64,000 nt of DNA from Octopus sinensis (Eukaryota): contig NC_043014.1 of the NCBI RefSeq assembly GCF_006345805.1, positions 15,562,001 to 15,626,000 on the forward strand. The letters run 5' to 3'. Of this stretch, positions 52,473 to 64,000 are shown one piece after another. Numbering within the stretch: position 1 is the first letter of the stretch; every line of letters begins with the position of its first letter. The notes beneath the pieces were generated by a model, which worked only from the letters and a program-made list of their open reading frames with translations, ran no database searches and had not been told where the DNA came from. A program made the position numbers and the translations under genes.

Positions 52473-53762
52473 GAGAATTTACAAAAAATCAAAAGACGAA
52501 GACAGGTGGTGTAGACAACAAACAGATGTATTAGTTTAATGCTTGGGAAGTGTAAAAGTCTTTAACATTTCGAGCCTACACTCTTACACAGAAAAGAACT
52601 CAGAAAGAAACAAGGAGAAAAAAAATAAAGAATGTGTTTATGTATATGTATATATATATATATATATCACAGTAATCACCGTGACCGACCAGGCTATCAG
52701 ATGTTGCTACACATTGCTGGTCACAATGCGCTTTGAATTGTTTTAGCCTTCAAATGACGCCACCCCACTGGTTAAGCAAGCAGGCCAACAAAAGAGTACA
52801 GCAGGTATATATATATATATATATATAATATATATATATATATGGATGTGTGTGTATGTGCTTGTGTATATGTATTTGTGCATGTGTGTTTGTTCCCCCA
52901 ACATCGCTTGACAACCGATGCTGGTGTGTTTACGTCCCCATAACTTAGCAGTTCGGCATAAGGGACCGATAAAATAAGTACTAGACTTACAAGAAATAAG
53001 CTTTGGGGTCGATTTGCTGGACTAAAGGCAGTGCTCCAACATGGCCACAGTCAAAATGACTGAAACAAGTAAAAGAGTAAAGAAATTTAAAAGAATGCAA
53101 AAAGAAAACAAATGAAAAAAACGAAAAACGAATAGAAAATAAAATAGAAGACAAAAAAATATAATAATGTGTATCATGTTTAGATTGAATCTGGACTGAC
53201 ATTCAATATCTTAGACTGCTTTACCTCAGTGGCACAATGGTAACAGAAACAATAAGAGAGTGTGGAGAGAAAAGGGAAATAAAAAAATCAAATTCATGAA
53301 GGAGTGGCTGTGTGGTAAGTAGCTTGCTTATCAACCCATGTTTCTAGGTTCAGTCCCACTGCGTGGCACCTTGGGGCAAGTGTCTTCTACTATAGCATCG
53401 GGCCAACCAAAGCCTTCTGAGTGGATTTGGTAGACAGAAACTGAAAGAAGCTCTTGTATGTATGTATGTGTATGTATATATATGTGTATATGTTTGTGTA
53501 TCTGTGTTTGTCCCCCCAACATCGCTCGACAACTGATGCTGGTGTGCTTACGTCCCTGTAGCTTAGCAGTTCGGCAAGAGAGACTGATAGAATAAGTACT
53601 AGGCTTACAGAGAATAAATCCTGGGGTCGATTTGCTCGACTAAAGGTGGTGCTCTAGCATGGCCGCAGTGAAATGACTGAAACAACTAAAAGAGTAAAAG
53701 AGAGAGTAAAGAGTTAAATTAAAGTTCCAAATGGTAATGGATTTATATTTTTTTAGAACAAA

Positions 53763-53810
<48 letters not shown>

Positions 53811-54857
53811 GTTTCAGATTTTTCCACAGGGGCAGCCATTTTGGGGGAGGGGATGAGTTGATTACATCGACCCCAGTGTTTCACTGTACTTAATTTATTG
53901 ACCCTGATAGGATGGAAGGCAAAGCTGACCTCGGCAGAATTTGAGCTCAGAATGTAAAGACTGACAAAATGCCGCTAAGCATTTTCCCCAGCACATTCAT
54001 ATATGAATGTGTGTATAAATACATAAATATATATAAATACATATACGCACATACATAAAGTATGTATATATAAACAGACATGTGCATACGCACAAACACA
54101 CACAGATATATATGCATGTTGTGTTGTGACCCCTTTCGGTCATGAATGACCATGGAATTGCACCTAGAAAGTTACCCTCCGAGGCACAGGTCTTGGCAAG
54201 GTTGTTTATGGATGACCAGCAGTCGCCTGTCCATACCAGCCTCCCCTCTCCATACCACCAGTGTTATCCAAGGGAAAGGCAAAGGGGCCGATACAGCTTG
54301 GCACCTGTGACGTTGCAGCTCATTTATTAAGGTGCAAGTGGCTGAGCACTCCACAGACATGTGTACCCTTAAAGTAGTTCTCAGGGAGATTCAGCGTGAC
54401 ACAGAGTGTGACAAGGCTGGCCCTTTGAAATACAGGTACAACAGAAACAGGAAGAAAGAGTGAAAGAAAGTTGTGGTGAAAGAGTACAGCAGGGTTCACC
54501 ACCACCCACTGCTGGAGACTCTTAGAGCTTTTAGGTGTTTTCACTCAATAAACACTCACAATGCTAGGTCTGGGAATCAAAACCGCAATGCTACAACCAT
54601 AAGTCTGCTGCCCTTACCACTGGGCCATTCGCCTCCACATATACGCATGTATTGTATATATATATCATCATCATAATCATCATCATCGTTTAACATCCGT
54701 TTTCCGCGCTAGCGCGGGTTGGACAGTTCGACCGGGGTCTGGGAAGTCAGGGGCTGCACCAGGCTCCAGTCTGATCTGGCAGTGTTTCTACAGCTTGATG
54801 CCCTTCCTAACACCAACCACTCTGCGATTGTAGTGGGTGCTTTTTACGTGCCACCTG

Positions 54858-54950
<93 letters not shown>

Positions 54951-55599
54951 TATACACTTTCTCTCTACCAAATTCAATCACAAAGCATTGGTTGGCTTGA
55001 GGCTATAGTAGAAGACACTTGCCTAAGATGCCATGCAGTGGGACTGAACCCACAACCATATGATTACAATGCAAACTTTTTAACCACAATTTTTCTTTAT
55101 TCAAAATGTGTTTGGCTGGATCCACTTCAGAAATAAACTCGTAGTTATTCTTCATAAGGGATTCACTGTATCTCTAAACATTTTGGGTGTGAATAGGTGA
55201 AGTCTACCAAGGAGTGGAAGAGAGAAAGCATGGAATTTGAAACAGAAAAATCTCAGACCAACAAAGATGATCTCTACCCTTCAGAAATTTTATTTGGCTG
55301 ACTACCCTTATGTCTACCCGTCTGTCTGTTCGCCTCTGTTTGTGTTTCATTGTAATGAGTCAAACTGTCTGCTGTCAACAGAAAAACAAATAAAGCTGTC
55401 TTGTGGTGTCGGCTGTGTTTTTATTTGCTGTGAATGTCGTTTAAGGAAGGAAGGACTGACCGACCAGGGAATGGAAGGCGGGTGGGTTTATGGGTGGATG
55501 TTGAAGAAGAGTGTGCAGTGAGGGTGGGTGGCAGTGATAGGGGTGAGTGGGGGGTATCTGAATGTAGGCTTGAGACAAACAAAAATAAGCAGCTTTTTG

Positions 55600-56225
55600 T
55601 TATGAGCACATGATGATGATCATCATCATCATCATCTTCATGATTGTAAGGTAGTGGGGATGGTGGTGATGACGCAGATGATGACGCTGATGTTGATAAT
55701 GATGACGATTAGGGTGTTGATGATGAGGATAGCTGTTTTTAATTATGGTGGTGGTTGTAGTAGTGATGATGATAATGATGATGACCATGTGGAACTTGAT
55801 GATAATGATGATTATTGCAATGATGACAACAACAATGATGATTGTGATGATGATGATGATGATTACGATGATAATGATGATGGTGATGATGTTGAAAAGG
55901 AGGATGATGATGATGATTGTAATGATAATTGTGATGATGACAACGACAGTGATGATGATTGTGATGATGATGATGTTGAAAATGATGATAATGATGACAA
56001 TGATGATGATGATGTTGATGATGACAATGATGACAATGACGATGATGATAGTGATGATGATGCTGAAAATGATGATGATTATGATGATGTTGATGATGAT
56101 GACGATGATGCTAGTGATGATGACGATGATGGGAAAGATGATGACAACAATGAAAATAGTGCTGCTGCAATAGTTCATGACGATGACGACACCGACGACA
56201 GCGATGACAACGATGATAATATTCA
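55600..56225. repeat. Degenerate (GAT/GAC)n microsatellite
   Basis: Direct inspection; explains the poly-D/poly-M/poly-I ORFs. Confidence 0.9.
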
Positions 56226-56480
56226 TTAGAAAAAAGTGTCAGTGTAAGTTCTATGAAATTATTTCAAATAAACATAAAAACAAAAACAAAAGTGTTTTAT
56301 TCTATGAAATATTTTGGTAACAAACAACAGGTTTGTTGTTCAAAGTGTGAAACATGAAATTTGGGGAATACGAAGAATTTTAATTGACACCATTTGCTTA
56401 CTTTAAAAGTATCATTTATAAATAGTGTGTGTGTGTGAGAGTGTATGCATGTGTGTGTGTATGAGCACACACACATGCAT

Positions 56481-56559
<79 letters not shown>

Positions 56560-56682
56560 CATGTATTCATACATACATACATACACACACACACATATGC
56601 ATACACACATATGCATATGTATATGTATATATATATACATATATATATAGATACACACATATGCATATGTACATATATGTAC

Positions 56683-56737
<55 letters not shown>

Positions 56738-57736
56738 GTATATGCATATATATATCATCATCACCATCACATGATGATACTTACATCCATATATATACAT
56801 GCACACACATATAGTTAGACAGATAAACACACACACATACATGCGTACATACATACATACATATATAGACATATACACTTTTTCTTTTATGTAAAGGTGT
56901 CCTGTGGCACATTTATGTGTTTGTGTGTGTGTGTGTGTGCATATATTTGTATACTATATAAACAAAATGTTAACACGCATGTACACATACACACACATGC
57001 GCATACACACACTCACACACAAACAAACACACTCACACAAAATGTATATATTACATATGCACTTTATATTTTAATAAACAACTCACACTGAACAGTTTAA
57101 TTACATCAGTGTATAAAGTCTTCTCTTTCTAATTAAAAATAACGTTTAACCCTTTAATAACCTAAGAATTATCTTCCTCTTATCAAGGGCTTCGCCATTT
57201 CCACACCAACCCACCCAAAATTATTCCTATTAAATATTCTAAAGGAAATTACTGAACTTGATGGCATAAAAAACAAGGGTATAATAAACACACCCTGATT
57301 TCAGCAGTGCATTTACAGGAAAAATAATTTTTAGTACATTAAAAGCTTATGGGAAGACCAACTTCATATATAGTACTCGCGGTGACTTTCTGAGATGTTT
57401 TTCGAAGGTAAAAAGTGTGTCTTAAATGCTAGCAAATATGGCAAAATCTAAGACTGAAATCTTATCTACATATTTTATATATATTAACAACAGAGATAGT
57501 ATTAATACCGATATTTAATATTTATTGCCACTTAAATGTGGATGCTCTGTTAGAACAAACTATACTGTGGTAGATACCACAAGAGAAACTCTCATACTGG
57601 CTCTTGGTAGAAAATGCATGCTTGTTTATATTGCTGGTGGGGAAATAAATTGACCTTCCTTGGTCTTGTCAATGATGGATATTCAACTGCTAGAGACAAC
57701 AACCACTCATCTCCTCACTAACAATATGTAGAGTAA

Positions 57737-57945
57737 GGTGGTGAGCTAGCAGAAATATTATGCCAGGCAAAATGCTTAGTGGTATCTCATCTGTCTTTAC
57801 GTTCTGAGTTCAAATTTCACTGAGGTTGACTTTGCCTGTCATCCTTTTAGGCTCGATAAATTAAGTACCAGTTGTGTACTGGGGTCGATCTAATTGACTA
57901 GCCCCTTCCCCCAAAATTTCAGGCCTTGTACTTAGAGTAGAAAAG
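57737..57945 (+). mobile_element. Family B SINE with a clean TSD
   Basis: TSD AATATGTAGAGTAA at 57723-57736 and 57946-57959. Confidence 0.9.
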
Positions 57946-58353
57946 AATATGTAGAGTAACAGTGTCAGAACAGGTGCCAATGTCATGCAATTAACCAGTG
58001 AACTTGTTAAAAAATATATATTAATGACAGAGCCGGTTATTTATTTTGAGAGGTTATATCAAACATGGATATAAACAGCTAACAACTGATGAAGGGTCGT
58101 TTTTTCATGTTACTTGTCTTGTTTTCCATTTGTGTCTTTTGTTGTTCGCAAAAAAAGTTTGTATTCCATGTTTACGTTTTTCATATTTCATGTTGTTTAC
58201 GTTCCCTGTTGTGCCCATATAAGCACATATATACAAATATATGTATGTACATATATATGTGTATATATGCATGTATATTTATATATTATTTATATTATTA
58301 TATATACAGTTGAAATTTACAGAAAAACAAAAGACGCAGACAGGTGTATGAAC

Positions 58354-58404
<51 letters not shown>

Positions 58405-58563
58405 CACACATATAGACTCAATGCATTGATTTTCTTGAGGGCCTATAATGCTGCTGATGTGGTCCTGTATATATGTGTGTGTGTGTATATGTGTGTGTGT
58501 ATATGTGTGTGTGTGTATATGTGTGTGTGTATATGTGTGTGTGTATATGTGTGTGTGTGTATA

Positions 58564-58598
<35 letters not shown>

Positions 58599-59705
58599 CC
58601 ATCCTGTCTTGCAAGGTATTTAGCAACCTTGCCAGTGGTGGTGAAACAAAAAAAAAGCATCCAGTACACTCTGCAAATGGTTAGTATTAGTAAAGACCTC
58701 CAGCTGTAGAAACCCTGCCAAAACAGACAACAGAGCCTGGCATAGCAATCCGGCTTGCTACCGTTTGTCAAGCCATCCAGTCCATACCAGCATGGAAAGC
58801 GAGTGCTAAATGATGATGGTGATGATGATAATGACGATGATGAGGTATGTATGCATATATGTATGTATTTTTCTCTGTATTCTGACAAACAGATGCATTC
58901 CAGTCAAAGAACTAATCCCTCATCAAGTGAGCAATGGTGTCCCTGAATATGATTAAAAGACTTCAGTAGGCAGTGCTTTAAAGTCAGATATGGTCTGAGC
59001 CAGCCAATACTGGCAGAAACCTATCAAATCTATCAAAAACACACCAGCCATGACCATTCCATTTTATTTGTATCCAAGGCTACATTATTGAAATTGGTTT
59101 TCTTTTTTTATTCTTTTTTAAATGTCAAGATGACCTTTGAGGGAGATGTAACTGCTATTTCTAGCTGGTTGAATAACTACTTAAAAGCTGCCTTCTGATT
59201 GGACAGCCATTATATTGTGACCTCAGACAAAGGAAAAGCTTAATATTGGGAAAATAACAACAAAAACAACAGCAGCAGCAGCATCAACAACAACAGAGTT
59301 GCAATAACAACAGCAATAGTCACAACCACCAAAACTGAAAGCTCCACTCCCACTTCACGGCTGAGTGATTATTTGTAGGAAGGACAACCAGAAATAAAGA
59401 CAATTGCCCTAACAATAAACCAACTCAAACACATGTTTTGAAGCACAACAAAAATAAATGTGAAACAATCTCCAACCCACCAACACTGCTACATCTCTTT
59501 ATTCAAGTTCTTTTTATTTGTTTTTATTTGTTTTGTTTTGTTAGTTTACTCTGAAGTGAAAACTGTGAGTTACTCAAGCAGAACAGGCTAAATATCCAGT
59601 TAGCCTCCACAACCATTGAAGTGTCTGAGCATGTAATGTTCTAGTTAGTCAGTGTGACACTTGCTGGCTTTGTTTATATGTTCCAATGATTGCACTTATA
59701 TAATA

Positions 59706-59950
59706 CTGAGCCAGTAAAGGGTGCCTCTACCAGGCCAACTAGGGCAAATGATGAGAGCTTCTACAAAGCTGGGAAAGGAGCCTCTGCAAGCCAACGAAGA
59801 GCTTCTGTGGGTCCAATGACAAGAGCCTCTATAGGGCCCAGGACCAATAAGGAGAGTCACTATAGGACTAATGAGGAAGCCTCTACTGAGCTGATGAGGA
59901 ATGGAGTTGGAGAACTCTATCAATCAATGAAGGGGAGAGTTTACTGAAAC
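59706..59950. repeat. Degenerate minisatellite with a GAGCYTCTR core (~21-34-bp units)
   Basis: Core recurs about 6-7 times. Confidence 0.55.
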
Positions 59951-60751
59951 AGTATAAGGCTTCCAGTGGAGACAAAGCACTCCCTTCACACACAAACATT
60001 AATACCACCTACGCTCCACTCAAACAGAGAGACCCTTTGTTGTTAACAGAAGTGACACACTTCTTGAACATTTTTTTATCCTTTCCTTACTCTGGCAGCC
60101 AAGCTTTTACAACATCTACCTCCACTGCTGATTAGGTCACCAAGGTAACAGAAAGTAACAATTACTTCTAATGAGTTTTCTCAGCTTATGTTACTCTCAT
60201 GTATCTGTTACATATGAAATCCTTCTTCTCTGTTACTCTGCCTGATGTCCCACCGCATCAATTTGCATTAGGTTCAGGCAGTGAGCTGGCAGAATTGTTA
60301 GTGCACCTGGCAAAATGTTGAGCTGCACTTCTTCCAGCTTTTTAGTTTCTTAGATGTGATTTGAGGGAGATTTAACTATTGTTACTAGCTGGTTGAACGA
60401 CCACTTAAAAGCTACCTCTTGATTGGACTTCCAACATATCGTGACCCTAACAGAAAAGACTTAACACTGTTTGCTTTAGTTTCTTAGTTGAAATACTACC
60501 AGGGTTGACTTTATTGTTCATCTTTCCATGGTCAAGAAATAAGTTCAAATTCCACCTAAGTGATCAGAGCTGACCACACAACCATGGGAGCACCTCATTC
60601 AAATTACAATTGGCTAGTGTAGGGATGTGGGAGGAGCTACAGTAAACACAGCTAATCCAGTAACAGCTTACAGAAGTGTTCCATTCAGCAGAAAATCAAT
60701 AATGGCAAAATGGGGTGGGAGGGAAATCATTGATACTGTTATTGTTAAGGT

Positions 60752-60847
60752 ACATGTTGTAAGCACCGGTTCACCGAAGTTAAGCAACGTCAAGCCTAGT
60801 TAGTACTTAGATGGGTGACCGCTTGGGAAACCTAGATGCTGTAAGCA
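60752..60847 (+). pseudogene. 5S rRNA pseudogene (5'-truncated, ~10-nt internal deletion)
   Basis: AAGCACCGGTT[del]CACCGAAGTTAAGCAACGTCAAGCCTAGTTAGTACTTAGATGGGTGACCGCTTGGGAAACCTAGATGCTGTAAGC aligns to metazoan 5S rRNA, including box A and box C regions; no oligo-T terminator. Confidence 0.9.
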
Positions 60848-63800
60848 TCACATATTTAGGTGTAGGAGTGGCTGTGTGGTAAGTAGCTTGCTTACGAACC
60901 ACATGGTTCCGGGTTCAGTCCCACTGCGTGGCACCTTGGGCAAGTGTCTTCTACTATAGCCTTGGGCCGACCAAAGCCTTGTGAGTAGATTTGGTAGAAG
61001 GAAACTGAAAGAAGCCTGTTGTATATATGTATATATATATGTATGTATGTGTGTATGTTTGTGTGTCTGTGTTTGTCCCCCCAACATCGCTTGACAACCG
61101 ATGCTGGTGTGTTTATGTCCCTGTAACTTAGCGGCTCAGCAAAAGAGACCAAGAGAATAAGTACAAGGCTTACAAAGAATTAATCCTGGGGTCGATTTAC
61201 TCGAGTAAAGGCGGTGTTTCAGCATGGCCACAGTCACATGACTGAAACAAGTAAAAGAGCATAAAGAGTAAAGAGTAATGTAAACAATACGACCAAAGAT
61301 GCAAAAAGAGGTAATAGGTGTATATACATATTTCAGGAATTCTTGCTCCTTCTTCAGTGTCACATCTGACCCATTAATTAAACAACTGGACACCCATTGT
61401 TGAAACTGATGCAGGATCCAGCCATATCTCTTTATGTTCTAAATTTAATTATTACTAAATTCAAACTTCACCTTTCATTCATTTGACAGGGCGAAGTGAA
61501 GGCAACAAAACAAGAAGGAATAAATTAATGGGGCTGATCTAATATCCCATGTTTGCATGATTAAGAAGCTCACTTTGAAACCAAATGGTTTCAGGTTCAG
61601 TCCTATGGTGTGGAAACTAAGGCAGTGTGCCACTGTGTGGAAACTCTACTATAATTGTGAGCTGATCTATGGCTTGTGAGTGAATTTGGCAGACAGAGAC
61701 TGTGTAGAAGCCTATTGTAGATAATTCCTTCTTTGGAACATTGGTTCTCAAAGCATATCGCATAAAGCTATAAATGATAGCATGTAAATATTGGGATGAA
61801 AAACCAATATCTCTCTTTTACTTATTTCAGTCATTTAATTGTGGCCATGCTGGAGCAACGCCTTTAGTCGCTATATATATATACATACATATATATGATG
61901 GGCTTCTTTCAGTTTCCGTCTACCAAATCCGCTCACAAGGCTTTGGTCGACCCGAGGCTATAGTAGAAGACACTTGCCCAAGGTGCCACACAGTGGGACT
62001 GAACCCGGAACCATGTGGTTGGTAAGCAAGCTACTTACCACACAGCCACTCCTATGTCTAAGTTTTGGATAGAAAAAGTTAACTTTTTCAATCCAAAACT
62101 GTTTTTCAACCCAATATTGCTTTTATACTTCTATTTATAGCTTTATTTATGGCTTTACTTGCTTCAAGATCCTGTTCCCAAAAAGTATTACTTCATGTTC
62201 TCTTGGAAGTTTATAAAAGTCTTATATAAATAAATATGTGTGTGTGTGTGTGTGTCCATGCAAAATTGATTTACAACCTATGTTGGTTTGTTTACATTCT
62301 CATGATGTAGCAGTTTGGCAAAAGAAACTGGTAGAATAAAAGAAATAAAAAAACCCATAAGTGCTGGGGTCAATTTGTGTAACTAAAACCTTTCAAAGAG
62401 GTGCTCCAGCATGGCCATAGTACAATGTCTGAAACAAGTAATAGATATTCCCTCACCACACACACACACAACCCCCTTCCCCCACCCAAAAGTTTGGACT
62501 TGTAACTATGTTAGAAATCAAAGGTAACCTTAGCCAAATTTGAACTCAGGGCATAAAGTTCCAGAACTAAATATTCTATTCTACTCTTAGCACAATGCCC
62601 AAAAATTTTTGGAGAGGGGACCAGTCGATTAGATTGATGCCAGTACGCAACTGGTACTTGATTTATCAACCCTGAAACGATGAAAGGCAAAGTCGACCTC
62701 AGCAGAATTTGAACTCACAACATAAACAGACGAAATACCGCTATGCATTTCGCTCGGCATGCTAACATTTCTGCTAGCTCACCGCTTTTCCAGAACTAAA
62801 TATTATGAAAGCATTTTAGCTTATACCTTTTACTCGTTTCAGTCACTGGAGAGCAGTCATGCTGGAGCCTTTAAAGGTTTTATAGTTAGTTGAGCAAATT
62901 GACCCCTAGAACTTATTTTTAAGCCAGGTACTTGTTTCTATTGGTCTCTTTTGCCGAACTGCTAAGTCATGAAAACGTAAACAAAGCAACACTGGTTATC
63001 AAGTAGTGGTAGAGGGACAAACACCAGCACAAAGACACAAACACACATGCACAAATAACGGGCTTCCACACAGTTTTCATCAACCAAATTTGCTCACAAC
63101 ATATTAGTCGACCTGAGGGCTACAGCAGAAGACACTTGCCCAAGGTGCTGCACAGCAGGGTTGAACCTGAAATCACGTGGCAGCAAAGTGAGCTTCTTAA
63201 CCACACAGCCATGCCTGCACCTATATTTTGTTAAACTTTCCGACAAATCCACTGACACACCAACCTAATAAAAAGATGAATTACAAATACAAGATTTTTT
63301 TTTAGCAATAACAAAAGTATTTGGTATTACAAGGCAGTAAAGAAGAGTGTTTATGAGAGGGGAAAACACGATCCTTTATTTGAACAACCTATAGAATTAT
63401 GAAGGTGTTCTTTGATTTTATAGGTTAAGCTCTTGTAATCTTTAGAATAAAAGACACTTGCTAATTTAACTTATTCATTCTATTCCTCCCTTTGCCCTTA
63501 ATCTCCAGTTAACCATAAACTTTATTCAGTCATATTTTCTTTACAAGACTTGTTCCATTTCTTGATATTGTTTGCACACAATTCAACAACAACGATGACG
63601 ACAACGACTACAACAGTGATGTTAACAACAACAAATAAAGAAAAGTAAGTTAAATATATATATATAACAATATACAAGCACCTGTGCCAAGCAATATTCT
63701 TAATTTTAATAAGTTTAACCCATCCAAATAACCACCCACATAATCACCTAATAACCTAGTTGATGAAGGTGCCACCAGGCTGCCCTCAGAAGATCTCTCT

Positions 63801-64000
63801 CTCTCTCTTCCCTCTCTCCTTCTCTCTTTGTCTCTCTCTCTCTCTATCTCTATCCCTCTCTTCCCAATTGTTTGTATAGACCCTATGGCAATATATTCCT
63901 TCTACATGAATAAAGGAAGGTATAATAAAAATTTTGCGACAGTGGTCCCTCACCACACACACACACACACATACACAAACATACACATACAAACACACAC

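Overview
Repeat-saturated eukaryotic non-coding DNA, AT-rich and microsatellite-dense. The SINE and microsatellite repertoire is what I recognise from octopus/coleoid cephalopod genomes (inference). No protein-coding gene can be confidently assembled. Nearly all ORFs in the supplied track are microsatellite artefacts. The window holds at least four tRNA-headed or (TGA)n-tailed SINE families in dozens of copies, relics of non-LTR retrotransposons (RTE, RTE-X-like, R4/Dong-like, HERO-like, CR1/L2-like), DNA-transposon derivatives (hAT, mariner, maT/DD37D-like, pogo-like, piggyBac-like MITEs, a 1.2-kb foldback) and a decayed 5S rRNA copy. The most unusual signal is a palindromic element present at four loci. 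Each arm reads outward as a tRNA-like Pol III head, then (AAT)n, then a minimal type I hammerhead-ribozyme fold (CUGAUGA...GAAAC-GUH), with a compensatory base change in helix II between copies. A second, more decayed hammerhead-like family is also present. Other notable items are a microhomology-flanked templated insertion inside a transposon and four RFX X-box-like 14-mers in unique DNA. Coordinates were counted by eye, and element boundaries without TSDs are approximate.
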